A program made the translations under genes and the position numbers. The notes under the pieces were generated by a model. That model was not told where the DNA came from and ran no database searches. It saw only the letters and a list, made by a program, of their open reading frames with translations. Shown here one piece after another: positions 1-9,195 of a DNA stretch of 62,097 nucleotides. The stretch covers positions 1-62,097 of the forward strand of contig CANRJX010000001.1 in the NCBI GenBank assembly GCA_947631095.1, read 5' to 3'. Position 1 is the first letter of the stretch. Each line of letters begins with the position of its first letter. Source of the DNA: an uncultured Wohlfahrtiimonas sp. (GTDB taxonomy: Bacteria > Pseudomonadota > Gammaproteobacteria > Cardiobacteriales > Wohlfahrtiimonadaceae).

Positions 1-2682
1 TCACCTGCAAATGGTGAGCCAATCATCGTACCTTCACAGGACGTTGTTTTAGGCTTGTACTATATGACTCGTGATCGCGCTCGAGTACAAGGTGAAGGCA
101 TGATCTTCGCTGACTATTCAGAAGTATTACGTGCATATCAGTCTAAAGAAGTCGCGCTTCATGCAAAAATTCAGGTTCGTTTACCTGCTTATATGTTTGA
201 AGATGCGCAAGAGCATGAGAAAGTTCGTCGTGTAACGACAACAGTTGGTCGTGTGTTATTGTCTGATATCTTGCCAAAAGGTTTACCTTTTGCATTGATC
301 GATCGTACATTGACGAAAAAAGTAATTTCTAACTTAATCAACCAAGCGTATCGTCGTTTAGGTTTGAAAGATACAGTTATTTTTGCTGACCGTTTGATGT
401 ATACAGGTTTCTATTATGCAATGCGTTCAGGTTCTTCTGTTGGTTATGAAGACATGGTAATTCCTGCTGAGAAAGAAGGCATTATTCGTGAAGCTGAGTC
501 TGAAGTTAAAGAAGTTCAAGAACAATACGCACAAGGCTTGGTAACAAACGGTGAGCGTTACAATAAAGTTATCGATATTTGGTCTCGTACAAACGAAGAA
601 GTTGCCAAAGTGATGATGAAAAACTTGAGTAAAGACCGAAATATCGATAATGATGGCAATGAAATTTTAGAAGATTCGTTCAACTCTATCTTTATGATGG
701 CTGACTCTGGTGCTCGTGGTAGTGCCGCGCAGATTCGTCAGTTAGCTGGTATGCGTGGTTTGATGGCGAAACCAGATGGTTCTATCATTGAAACACCAAT
801 CACAGCAAACTTCCGTGAAGGTCTAGACGTTCTACAATACTTCGTATCAACGCATGGTGCTCGTAAAGGTTTGGCGGATACGGCATTGAAGACAGCTAAC
901 TCAGGTTATTTGACGCGTCGTTTAGTTGACGTTGCACAAGACTTAGTTGTAGTAACAGATGACTGTGGTACAACAGACGGTTTGGTAATGACGCCAACAG
1001 TTGAAGGTGGCGATGTTATTGAGCGTTTGAGTGAGCGCGTATTAGGTTTAGTGACAGCACAAGATGTATATATTCCAGGTAGTGATGAAGTATTATTCCC
1101 TGCGGGTACATTAATTGATGAAGCTGCTGCTGAAATCCTAGATGATAAAGGTGTGGATGAAATGATCGTTCGCTCTGCCATCACGTGTGAAAACTTATTC
1201 GGCTTGTGTGCAAAATGTTATGGTCGTGACTTAGGTCGTGGTCATATTGTAAACCCTGGTGAAGCTGTCGGTGTTATTGCTGCGCAATCAATCGGTGAAC
1301 CAGGTACACAGTTAACGATGCGTACGTTCCACATCGGTGGTACGGCATCTAGAGCTGCTGCAGTTTCAAGTGTTCAAGTTAAAACAAAAGGTTTGTTGAA
1401 ACTTGTGAAAATGAAAACTGTTAAGAATAAAGATAATCAATTGGTGTCAACATCTCGTTCTGGTGAAATCATTATTACGGATGAATTCGGCCGTAACCGT
1501 GAGCGCTATAAAGTTCCTTATGGTGCAACTTTATCTGTTCATGAAGGTGAAGAAGTTAATGTTGGTGACATCGTTGCAACATGGGATCCACATACATACC
1601 CAGTAGTTGTTGAAGCATCAGGTTTTGTGAAATTTGAAGACTTCGATGAAGGCATCAATGTTCAGAAGCAAACGGATGAAATCACAGGTTTAACACATCT
1701 AAGCGTATTGGATTCTAAATCACGTGGTGCTGGTAAAGATAAACGTCCTTCGATTCATGTGGTAGATGCTAATGGCGATCCATTAACATTGCCAGGTTCT
1801 GATATTGCTGCAATCTATACATTGCCAGTAGGTGCGATCGTATCATTGAATGATAATGCACCAGTATCAGTGGGTGACGTTTTAGCACGTATTCCACAAG
1901 AATCTTCAAAAACACGTGATATCACGGGTGGTTTGCCACGCGTTGCTGATTTATTTGAAGCACGTCGTCCAAAAGAAGCTGCAATCTTGGCTGAAATTGG
2001 TGGTGTTGTGAGCTTCGGTAAAGAAACAAAAGGTAAACAACGTTTAGTGATCACTGATCGTGAAGGTAATGTTTACGAAGAGTTGATTCCAAAATGGCGT
2101 ACAATCAACGTGTTCGAAGGTGAAAGCGTTGAGAAAGGTGAGATCATCGTTGATGGTGAATTGAGTTCACACGATATCTTACGTTTGTTGGGCGTTAAAG
2201 AATTGGCTGCGTACTTAGTAAAAGAAATTCAAGACGTTTACCGTTTACAAGGTGTAAAAATCTCTGATAAACACATTGAAGTTATCATTCGTCAAATGTT
2301 GCGCAAAGTTGAAATTGTGGAAGCAAATGACACTGATTACATCAAAGGTGAACAAGTTGAGAAAACTCAATTGCTTCGTGACAATGCTCGCTTGATTAAA
2401 GAAGGTAAAGTTCCAGCAACGTATGAACCAATCTTATTGGGTATTACGAAAGCATCATTGGCAACTGAAAGCTTTATTTCAGCAGCATCGTTCCAAGAAA
2501 CAACACGTGTATTAACAGAAGCATCTGTTCGTGGCTTGAAAGATGATTTACGTGGTTTGAAAGAGAACGTAATTGTGGGACGTTTAATTCCTGCAGGTAC
2601 AGGCTTGGCTTATCATGATGAACGTCGCAAAGAGAGAGAACAAGAGCATGAAGGAACAGAATTGTTCATCAGTGCAGAGTAA
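1..2682 (+). CDS. rpoC: DNA-directed RNA polymerase beta' subunit (5' truncated by window edge)
   Basis: Frame 1 is open from base 1 ([21 protein letters not shown]). Motifs [40 protein letters not shown] and [15 protein letters not shown] are present. Confidence 0.99.
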   Translation, partial: SPANGEPIIVPSQDVVLGLYYMTRDRARVQGEGMIFADYSEVLRAYQSKEVALHAKIQVRLPAYMFEDAQEHEKVRRVTTTVGRVLLSDILPKGLPFALIDRTLTKKVISNLINQAYRRLGLKDTVIFADRLMYTGFYYAMRSGSSVGYEDMVIPAEKEGIIREAESEVKEVQEQYAQGLVTNGERYNKVIDIWSRTNEEVAKVMMKNLSKDRNIDNDGNEILEDSFNSIFMMADSGARGSAAQIRQLAGMRGLMAKPDGSIIETPITANFREGLDVLQYFVSTHGARKGLADTALKTANSGYLTRRLVDVAQDLVVVTDDCGTTDGLVMTPTVEGGDVIERLSERVLGLVTAQDVYIPGSDEVLFPAGTLIDEAAAEILDDKGVDEMIVRSAITCENLFGLCAKCYGRDLGRGHIVNPGEAVGVIAAQSIGEPGTQLTMRTFHIGGTASRAAAVSSVQVKTKGLLKLVKMKTVKNKDNQLVSTSRSGEIIITDEFGRNRERYKVPYGATLSVHEGEEVNVGDIVATWDPHTYPVVVEASGFVKFEDFDEGINVQKQTDEITGLTHLSVLDSKSRGAGKDKRPSIHVVDANGDPLTLPGSDIAAIYTLPVGAIVSLNDNAPVSVGDVLARIPQESSKTRDITGGLPRVADLFEARRPKEAAILAEIGGVVSFGKETKGKQRLVITDREGNVYEELIPKWRTINVFEGESVEKGEIIVDGELSSHDILRLLGVKELAAYLVKEIQDVYRLQGVKISDKHIEVIIRQMLRKVEIVEANDTDYIKGEQVEKTQLLRDNARLIKEGKVPATYEPILLGITKASLATESFISAASFQETTRVLTEASVRGLKDDLRGLKENVIVGRLIPAGTGLAYHDERRKEREQEHEGTELFISAE

Positions 2683-2704
2683 TACATAGATTTAAATAAT
2701 TATT

Positions 2705-2733
2705 ATAAAAGCATCTATCTTAGATGCTTTTAT
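2705..2733 (+). terminator. Intrinsic terminator after rpoC
   Basis: ATAAAAGCATCTA-tct-TAGATGCTTTTAT perfect inverted repeat. Confidence 0.8.
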
Positions 2734-2751
2734 TGTTTATGAGGAAATAGG

Positions 2752-3183
2752 ATGTCAAATAAACGTGAATTTGAACGTATGATGTGGGCAAGACGTTTTG
2801 CGCTTCAAGGATTATATGAGTGGCAAGTGTCTCAAAGCCAAGTGGCGGAAATTGAAAGAAACTTAGCTGAAAACCCAGATTTTATAAAAGCAAATAATGA
2901 AGCATTTTCAAATATTTTGCGTGGCGCTATTCGTGGCCAAGCTGAAGCAAATGAATTGATTACACCATTATTAGATCGACCGATTGAACAATTGGACTTA
3001 GTTGAAAAAGCCGTATTGTGGATTGGCTGTTATGAGCTAACGACTCATCCTGAAATTCCGTATAAAGTTATCATTAATGAATCTGTGAACTTGGCTAAGA
3101 AGTTTGGTGGTGATCAAAGTTACAAATTTATTAATGGTATTCTTGATAAGGTCGCAAAGAAGGTTAGAATAGACTATCAATAA
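2752..3183 (+). CDS. nusB: Transcription antitermination factor NusB
   Basis: ARRFALQGLYEW, PYKVIINESVNLAKKFG, YKFINGILDK; GAGG RBS upstream. Confidence 0.96.
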   Translation: MSNKREFERMMWARRFALQGLYEWQVSQSQVAEIERNLAENPDFIKANNEAFSNILRGAIRGQAEANELITPLLDRPIEQLDLVEKAVLWIGCYELTTHPEIPYKVIINESVNLAKKFGGDQSYKFINGILDKVAKKVRIDYQ

Positions 3184-3210
3184 TATTAATCAGTAGAGAG
3201 CGATAAAAAA

Positions 3211-4329
3211 ATGGACATCTCTCCTTTCCTTAGGTTTATGGTAGAAAAAAATGGTTCGGATCTTTTTATGTATCCGAATGCGCCTATTTGCATAAAACTA
3301 AATGGTATCGTTCAGCATTTAGGTAAAGATAAGCTCTCTCCAGAAATAGTTAAAAACGCAATTTTTAACTTGTTAACAGAAGAGCAACTGGCTGAGTTTA
3401 ATAAAGAGTTAGAATTAAACTTTGCACTTAAATTAGATGATGGTGCTCGATTTAGGGTTAATATTTTTAAGCAACGTAATGAATATGGCATGGTTATTCG
3501 TTATGTTAAAGCTGATATTCCTAAGATGGAAGATTTGCGCGTTCCAGAAATATTTAAAAAAATTATTATGGAAAAACGTGGTTTGGTCTTAGTTGTGGGT
3601 GCAACAGGTAGTGGGAAATCAACAAGCTTGGCTTCTATGATTGACTATCGCGCTTCTCATGCGCCAGGCCATATTCTTACTGTAGAAGATCCCATCGAGT
3701 TTGTTTATCAACATAAGCGCTCTATTATTGGGCAGCGTGAAGTTGGTTTAGATACGCATAGTTATGAAGCGGCGTTGCAATCGGCAATGCGTGAAGCTCC
3801 AGATGTTATTTTAGTTGGTGAAGTTCGCAATACTGAAATTATGAAAGCTGTGATTAATTTCTCTATTACTGGGCATTTATGTTTAACGACATTACATGCA
3901 AACAATGCGGTTGGTGCACTTGATAGAATCGTGAATTTTTTTCCAGAATCGGCAAGAGCTCAGTTGCTTGTAGATCTATCTTTAAATATTAAAGCTATTA
4001 TTTCTCAAAGACTCATTAAGGGGATCAATGGCAAATTAGTACCTGCGGTTGAAGTAATGTTAAATACACCATATATACAAGAATTGATCATGAAAGGTCG
4101 TTTAGATACTATTTCAGATGCTATGGAAAATGGTGGAACAACTGGCATGTGTACATTTGATCAGGCTTTATATAATTTATATGCACAAGGCTTAATTTCA
4201 GCTGAAGAAGCAATAGCAAATGCTGATTCAAAAAATAATGTTTCATTACGCATTAGAATGGGTGAAACAAAAGCTGTGACACGAGAAGATTTGACGGCTG
4301 AGTCCAAATTTAAATTAAAAAATTATTAA
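3211..4329 (+). CDS. pilU: Type IV pilus retraction ATPase, PilU-type (PilT/PilU family)
   Basis: Walker A GATGSGKST, Asp box TVEDPIE, Walker B PDVILVGEVR, His box TGHLCLTTLHAN; lacks the PilT AIRNLIRE motif. Confidence 0.88.
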   Translation: MDISPFLRFMVEKNGSDLFMYPNAPICIKLNGIVQHLGKDKLSPEIVKNAIFNLLTEEQLAEFNKELELNFALKLDDGARFRVNIFKQRNEYGMVIRYVKADIPKMEDLRVPEIFKKIIMEKRGLVLVVGATGSGKSTSLASMIDYRASHAPGHILTVEDPIEFVYQHKRSIIGQREVGLDTHSYEAALQSAMREAPDVILVGEVRNTEIMKAVINFSITGHLCLTTLHANNAVGALDRIVNFFPESARAQLLVDLSLNIKAIISQRLIKGINGKLVPAVEVMLNTPYIQELIMKGRLDTISDAMENGGTTGMCTFDQALYNLYAQGLISAEEAIANADSKNNVSLRIRMGETKAVTREDLTAESKFKLKNY

Positions 4330-4350
4330 TAGTAATTGTATTGAGTAAAT

Positions 4351-4383
4351 AAGCACTGATTCTTTCTGTATTGGTGCTTTTTT
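4351..4383 (+). terminator. Intrinsic terminator after pilU
   Basis: AAGCACTGAT...ATTGGTGCTT stem (2 GU pairs) followed by a T run. Confidence 0.6.
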
Positions 4384-4396
4384 GTTGGGAAATAAT

Positions 4397-5137
4397 ATGG
4401 ATTATGATCGTCGTTTTTCAGGATTAAATCGTTTATATCAAAAAGATGCAACAGAGATTTTACGATCGGCACATGTCGTTATTGCTGGAGTCGGTGGTGT
4501 TGGTTCTTGGTGTGTTGAAGCATTAGCAAGATCAGGGGTCGGACATTTAACTTTAATTGATTTAGATATTGTTGCTGAAAGTAATATTAATCGCCAACTT
4601 CCAGCTTTAGAGTCAACGATCGGGGAATCAAAAATAGAAGTAATGGCGAATAGAATTCGAGAGATTAATTCAGATTGCATCATTAATTTAATAGATGATT
4701 TTCTAACTGAAGAAAATTTGAATGATCTGTTGATGGGGCTAGATTCTAAGAATACTTGGATTATCGATGCAATTGATGATGTTAGAGTGAAAGCTGCTTT
4801 AATTGCTTGGGCAAAGCGAAATAAATTTAAAATTATCGTAAGTGGGGCAGCGGGTGGCAAAATTGATGTTCAATCATTTAAATTAGATGATTTGTCCAAA
4901 ACTTATCACGACCCACTGTGTGCAAGTTTAAAAGCAACGCTTAAGAAAAAATATAACTTAGGTAAAGATGGAACAAAGCTAAATGTGCCAGTTGTTTTTT
5001 CGACAGAAAATATGCAGGGTAATCACAAAGGAAAAGGTGGTTTGAATTGTGCGGGTTATGGTTCAATAGTTACCATGACGGGAACAATGGGCATGATGAT
5101 GGCTGGTTATGTTGTTAATAAAATTGTGAATAAATAA
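4397..5137 (+). CDS. tcdA: tRNA threonylcarbamoyladenosine dehydratase (ThiF/E1-like)
   Basis: RRFSGLNRLY, GVGGVGSWCVEALARSG, DLDIVAESNINRQ, GLNCAGYGS; start taken at ATG 4397. Confidence 0.9.
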   Translation: MDYDRRFSGLNRLYQKDATEILRSAHVVIAGVGGVGSWCVEALARSGVGHLTLIDLDIVAESNINRQLPALESTIGESKIEVMANRIREINSDCIINLIDDFLTEENLNDLLMGLDSKNTWIIDAIDDVRVKAALIAWAKRNKFKIIVSGAAGGKIDVQSFKLDDLSKTYHDPLCASLKATLKKKYNLGKDGTKLNVPVVFSTENMQGNHKGKGGLNCAGYGSIVTMTGTMGMMMAGYVVNKIVNK

Positions 5138-5145
5138 TGGATAAA

Positions 5146-5177
5146 TAAAAGCCTGATTAATTTTAATCAGGCTTTTA
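5146..5177. terminator. Bidirectional terminator between tcdA and the IalB-like gene
   Basis: TAAAAGCCTGATTAA-tt-TTAATCAGGCTTTTA perfect inverted repeat between convergent genes. Confidence 0.85.
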
Positions 5178-5195
5178 GAGTTATGACGTAATGAT

Positions 5196-5834
5196 TTATT
5201 TATATTGTTCTAATAAATCATTATAAGCAGCAGTAAAGCCTTTCAAAGGTACTTGTGCTTTAATATGTAAATCACTGTTTTTCTCAGCATTTGAGTCAAA
5301 AGTAAAGTTTACAAAGATATTTGTACCGTTTTTGAGTTTATCTAATAATTTATTACTAACATCAACATCCATTGGTAATGCTGCGATACAGCCAAAATTT
5401 GTACAACGTTCAAAGTTAATTTGTGCGATATCTGTGTCAATATCTTTTTCTTTACCGTCTTCTACGCCTTTAACTGTGATGAAAATTTTACCTTTATCAT
5501 CATTACTGTTAAGACGTAATTGTAAGCCTTCACTTAACTGTACATCTAGAGGTGCAGCAAAAACCATTACAGGATTTTTATCAAATAATGTTACAGATGT
5601 TCTTAAAATAGGAACTTGTCTTTGCTCTTCTTTTTTCTTGCCTTTGTCCGCAGGTGCGATCATTGTTGACTGATGGAACATTTGGCATTCTTTTTGGTTG
5701 TTCGGTGCTGCAAAACATTCTACAGTCCAGTCTTGATGTTTTTTCTTATAAATAGAGTCATTTGCTTGCTGTGCGAAAGCGCCTGTTAAGAATGCAGATG
5801 AAACTAAAGTTGCAGCAATTACTTTTTTGAACAT
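5196..5834 (-). CDS. Invasion-associated locus B (IalB) family secreted protein
   Basis: Signal peptide ending AFA; DWTVEC...ECQMFH, PLDVQLSEGLQL, FERCTNFGCIA and VPLKGFTAAY match the IalB pattern. Confidence 0.8.
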   Translation of the reverse strand: MFKKVIAATLVSSAFLTGAFAQQANDSIYKKKHQDWTVECFAAPNNQKECQMFHQSTMIAPADKGKKKEEQRQVPILRTSVTLFDKNPVMVFAAPLDVQLSEGLQLRLNSNDDKGKIFITVKGVEDGKEKDIDTDIAQINFERCTNFGCIAALPMDVDVSNKLLDKLKNGTNIFVNFTFDSNAEKNSDLHIKAQVPLKGFTAAYNDLLEQYK

Positions 5835-6015
5835 AATATCACCATAAATATGAATTTAATAATAGTTAACTACTGAATTATTCTACGCGTATTTACAGTG
5901 AAATCAAGGTGAAACGGAGAGGTTAACTAGATTTACAATATTTTTACCATATCAAGTTTAAGGTAAATTTTGTATAATACTTTCTCCTTAAAATAAGAGA
6001 GAAAGTGAGTGAAAA

Positions 6016-6648
6016 ATGTGTGAGCGCGAAAAGTTTTTAGGCAATCTGTACGTGATCTCATCTCCTTCTGGAGGTGGAAAAACGACACTGGTGAGCCAAT
6101 TACTTGAATGTACACCAGATATTAGCCGAGTGGTAACACACACGACACGACCACCAAGACCAAATGAGAAAAATGGTGTGCATTACCATTTTGTATCTGT
6201 TGAAGAGTTTATTGCTCTTAAAGATGATGGCGGTTTTGTAGAGACTGCACAAGTTTTTAATGCTCATTATGGTACTTCATGGAAAGAAGTGAAATCCAAA
6301 TTGAAGCATGGTATGGATGTAGTTTTAGTGATTGATTGGCAAGGTGCTGAACAAGTAAGGATTAGTCATCCTGATGCTATTACAATTTTTATTCTACCAC
6401 CATCATTAGAAACATTGCGTGCAAGACTTTTTGCCCGTAATGAAGATAGTGTGGCAGTTGTAGAGAGCAGAATGAAAGATGCTAGTAATCAAATCATGCA
6501 CTATAAAGATTTTGATTACCTAGTAGTGAATGATGATTTTGATATTGCTTTGGCAAATCTGCGTTCTATTATTATGGCAGAGCGCCTAAAAGCAGATCAT
6601 CAAAAGGTACGTCATCAGTTGCTAATTTCATCATTGTTACAAGCGTAA
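6016..6648 (+). CDS. gmk: Guanylate kinase
   Basis: SSPSGGGKTT P-loop, HTTRPPRPNE, HYHFVS, IDWQGA; upstream of rpoZ. Confidence 0.97.
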   Translation: MCEREKFLGNLYVISSPSGGGKTTLVSQLLECTPDISRVVTHTTRPPRPNEKNGVHYHFVSVEEFIALKDDGGFVETAQVFNAHYGTSWKEVKSKLKHGMDVVLVIDWQGAEQVRISHPDAITIFILPPSLETLRARLFARNEDSVAVVESRMKDASNQIMHYKDFDYLVVNDDFDIALANLRSIIMAERLKADHQKVRHQLLISSLLQA

Positions 6649-6723
6649 GATTTCGATACGCTCAATGAATATTTTAGTTATTATTGATACAGATATACTG
6701 TAAGAAAATTAGGAGTTTGAAGT

Positions 6724-6984
6724 ATGGCACGTGTAACCGTAGAAGATTGTTTAGATAAAGTTGATAATCGATTTCAATTAGTATTATTGGCATCTCGTCG
6801 TGCTCATCAGTTAGCATTAGGTGCAGAAACAAAGTTACCTGACAATCATGAAAAAGTAACAGTTATGGCACTACGAGAAATCGCAGAAGAATTAATTACT
6901 ATCGATGAAATTAAACGCATTGTTGTGAAGCCTAAACCAGTGATTGTTGAAAGCTTTAAGCCAGATACAGCATTTGAATTTTAA
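6724..6984 (+). CDS. rpoZ: RNA polymerase omega subunit
   Basis: [27 protein letters not shown]; AGGAG RBS. Confidence 0.98.
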   Translation: MARVTVEDCLDKVDNRFQLVLLASRRAHQLALGAETKLPDNHEKVTVMALREIAEELITIDEIKRIVVKPKPVIVESFKPDTAFEF

Positions 6985-7001
6985 TTAAAGCGTTAAATTT
7001 A

Positions 7002-9191
7002 ATGATGGAACCAATTAAACTCCCTGAAGAAATGGCGTTATGGAACGAGGCTTTTTTTGTTAAAACAGCCGAGTTAGAGGCGCGCGTCAGTCGTTATATG
7101 ACGAAAGCAGAAGTCGCAAAAATCAGGGAGGCTTGTTTATTTGGTGCTTGGGCTCATCAAGGACAATCTAGAAGTTCTGGCGAGCCTTATATTTTTCATC
7201 CAATTGAAGTGGCGTTAATCCTGACGCTAGTTCAGTTGGATGTGCACTCTATTGTGGGTGCTATTCTTCATGATGTAATTGAAGACACTGACATCACCTT
7301 TGAAGAAATTAAAAACAAATTTGGTCGAGAAACTGCAGAAATAGTTGATGGTGTCAGTAAATTAACCAAAATACGATTCAGTTCTAAATTAGAAGCAAAA
7401 GCTGAAAATTTTAGAAAAATGATTTTGGCCATGACAAAAGATTTACGTGTCATCATGGTTAAATTGGCAGATCGTCTTCATAATATTCGTACTTTAGGAG
7501 CATTAGCGCCTTATAAAAAACGACGGATAGCTCAAGATACGTTAGACATATATACGCCGATAGCCGCGCGTTTAGGGATGTTTGCATTACAAGTTGAATT
7601 AGAAAACCTATGTTTTCAAAACATTTATCCTTTGCGTTATAAAGTTTTGCAGGAATTAGTGAATAAAAAACGCATTTCTCAAGGCCCAACTGTCCAAGGA
7701 ATTAAAGATTCAATTCAGCAAAAACTTGATTCTATAGGCATTTCTGCAAGAATTTCAATCAGAGAAAAGCATTCTTGGAGTTTATATAAAAAATTAAAAA
7801 AACGCGGTTCTATGGGGCAATTGTCTGATATTTTTACAATTAGAGTCATTGTGAATACAACAGATGATTGTTATAGAGTTTTGGGTGTTGTTCATCATTT
7901 AAACAAACCGATTATTGGTCGTTTTAAGGATTTTATTGCCATTCCTAAAGTGAATGGTTATCAAAGCTTGCACACAGTTGTATTTGGCGCAAATATGCTT
8001 CCAGTAGAAGTGCAGATTCGTACTAAGGAAATGCATATTATTGCAGAAGCAGGTGCTGCTGCCCATTGGCGCTATGGTGAAGCTTATCGTGAGCAAAATT
8101 ACACTAAAAATAAAACACGAGAATGGCTGGATTATGTAACAGAATTACAAGATAGTATGCTCTCTTCTGAAGAATTTATGGCATCCATGAAGGAAGATTT
8201 GTTTCCTTCAGAAATTTATGTGTTTACACCACATGGTCGAATTATTGAATTGCCCAAAGGCTCAACAGCAGTTGATTTTGCTTATGCAATTCATTCAGAC
8301 ATTGGTAATCACTGTATTTCTGCTAAAGTTGATGCAAAGTTTGCGCCCGTTTCTCAAGTATTAACAACAGGACAAACGATAGATATTCAGACATCGCAAA
8401 GTGCCCAGCCTAATCCTATGTGGTTGGATTTTGTGAGAACAGCTAAAGCACGATCAGCTATCAGAAGTTATTTGGGCAAATTGAGCTATGATGATTCGGT
8501 TGTGATTGGTCAGAACTTGCTAGAAAATGCGATGAAGCATAGAAATATTTCTGCTTCACAATTAACAGATACTGTTTTAAATAAGCTTGCTAAAGAACTA
8601 AGAATTGAATCAGTTGAAGATATGTATGCTGAAATTGGTTCAGGTAAAAGACCGTCATCTTTTATTATTAACCGTTTAGAAGCTCATGGTTTAGATTCGA
8701 ACCAAGATTTTAAGCATTCACATCATACAAAACAGAATCAAAAAACGATAGATGGTAATAATGACAAAGAACTAGTATTTGGAGATTGTTGTTACCCAAT
8801 TCCTGGTGATGCAATTATTGGATATTGGCAGCCTAGATTATCTAAAATAGTTGTTCACCGTAGAGAGTGCCATAATGCCCTAGAAGCATTAAAGCATCCT
8901 GAAAGATGTTATGCGTTGACTTGGAATCATAGTGCAGATAAGGCACCATTCCCAGTTCAACTTTGTTTAGTTATAAAAAATCAGCGTGGAGCGATGGCGG
9001 AAATTACTGCGGCTCTACTGGATATGAATATAAATATAAATGATTTACGTTCACAAACGGTCAATGAAGATTTTAGTCACTTATGGATGGTTGTCCATGT
9101 GTCAGATCGAGTTTTCCTGGCGAATGTATTTAGACACTTAAAAAAATTAGATAATGTTGTTCGAATAGGGCGGCAAAACGACGAGGCTTAA
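7002..9191 (+). CDS. spoT: Bifunctional (p)ppGpp synthetase/hydrolase SpoT
   Basis: HD hydrolase (SGEPYIFHP, LHDVIED), synthetase NGYQSLHT/EVQIRT, TGS, CCxPIPGD and ACT domains; gmk-rpoZ-spoT synteny. Confidence 0.95.
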   Translation: MMEPIKLPEEMALWNEAFFVKTAELEARVSRYMTKAEVAKIREACLFGAWAHQGQSRSSGEPYIFHPIEVALILTLVQLDVHSIVGAILHDVIEDTDITFEEIKNKFGRETAEIVDGVSKLTKIRFSSKLEAKAENFRKMILAMTKDLRVIMVKLADRLHNIRTLGALAPYKKRRIAQDTLDIYTPIAARLGMFALQVELENLCFQNIYPLRYKVLQELVNKKRISQGPTVQGIKDSIQQKLDSIGISARISIREKHSWSLYKKLKKRGSMGQLSDIFTIRVIVNTTDDCYRVLGVVHHLNKPIIGRFKDFIAIPKVNGYQSLHTVVFGANMLPVEVQIRTKEMHIIAEAGAAAHWRYGEAYREQNYTKNKTREWLDYVTELQDSMLSSEEFMASMKEDLFPSEIYVFTPHGRIIELPKGSTAVDFAYAIHSDIGNHCISAKVDAKFAPVSQVLTTGQTIDIQTSQSAQPNPMWLDFVRTAKARSAIRSYLGKLSYDDSVVIGQNLLENAMKHRNISASQLTDTVLNKLAKELRIESVEDMYAEIGSGKRPSSFIINRLEAHGLDSNQDFKHSHHTKQNQKTIDGNNDKELVFGDCCYPIPGDAIIGYWQPRLSKIVVHRRECHNALEALKHPERCYALTWNHSADKAPFPVQLCLVIKNQRGAMAEITAALLDMNININDLRSQTVNEDFSHLWMVVHVSDRVFLANVFRHLKKLDNVVRIGRQNDEA

Positions 9192-9195
9192 TCCA

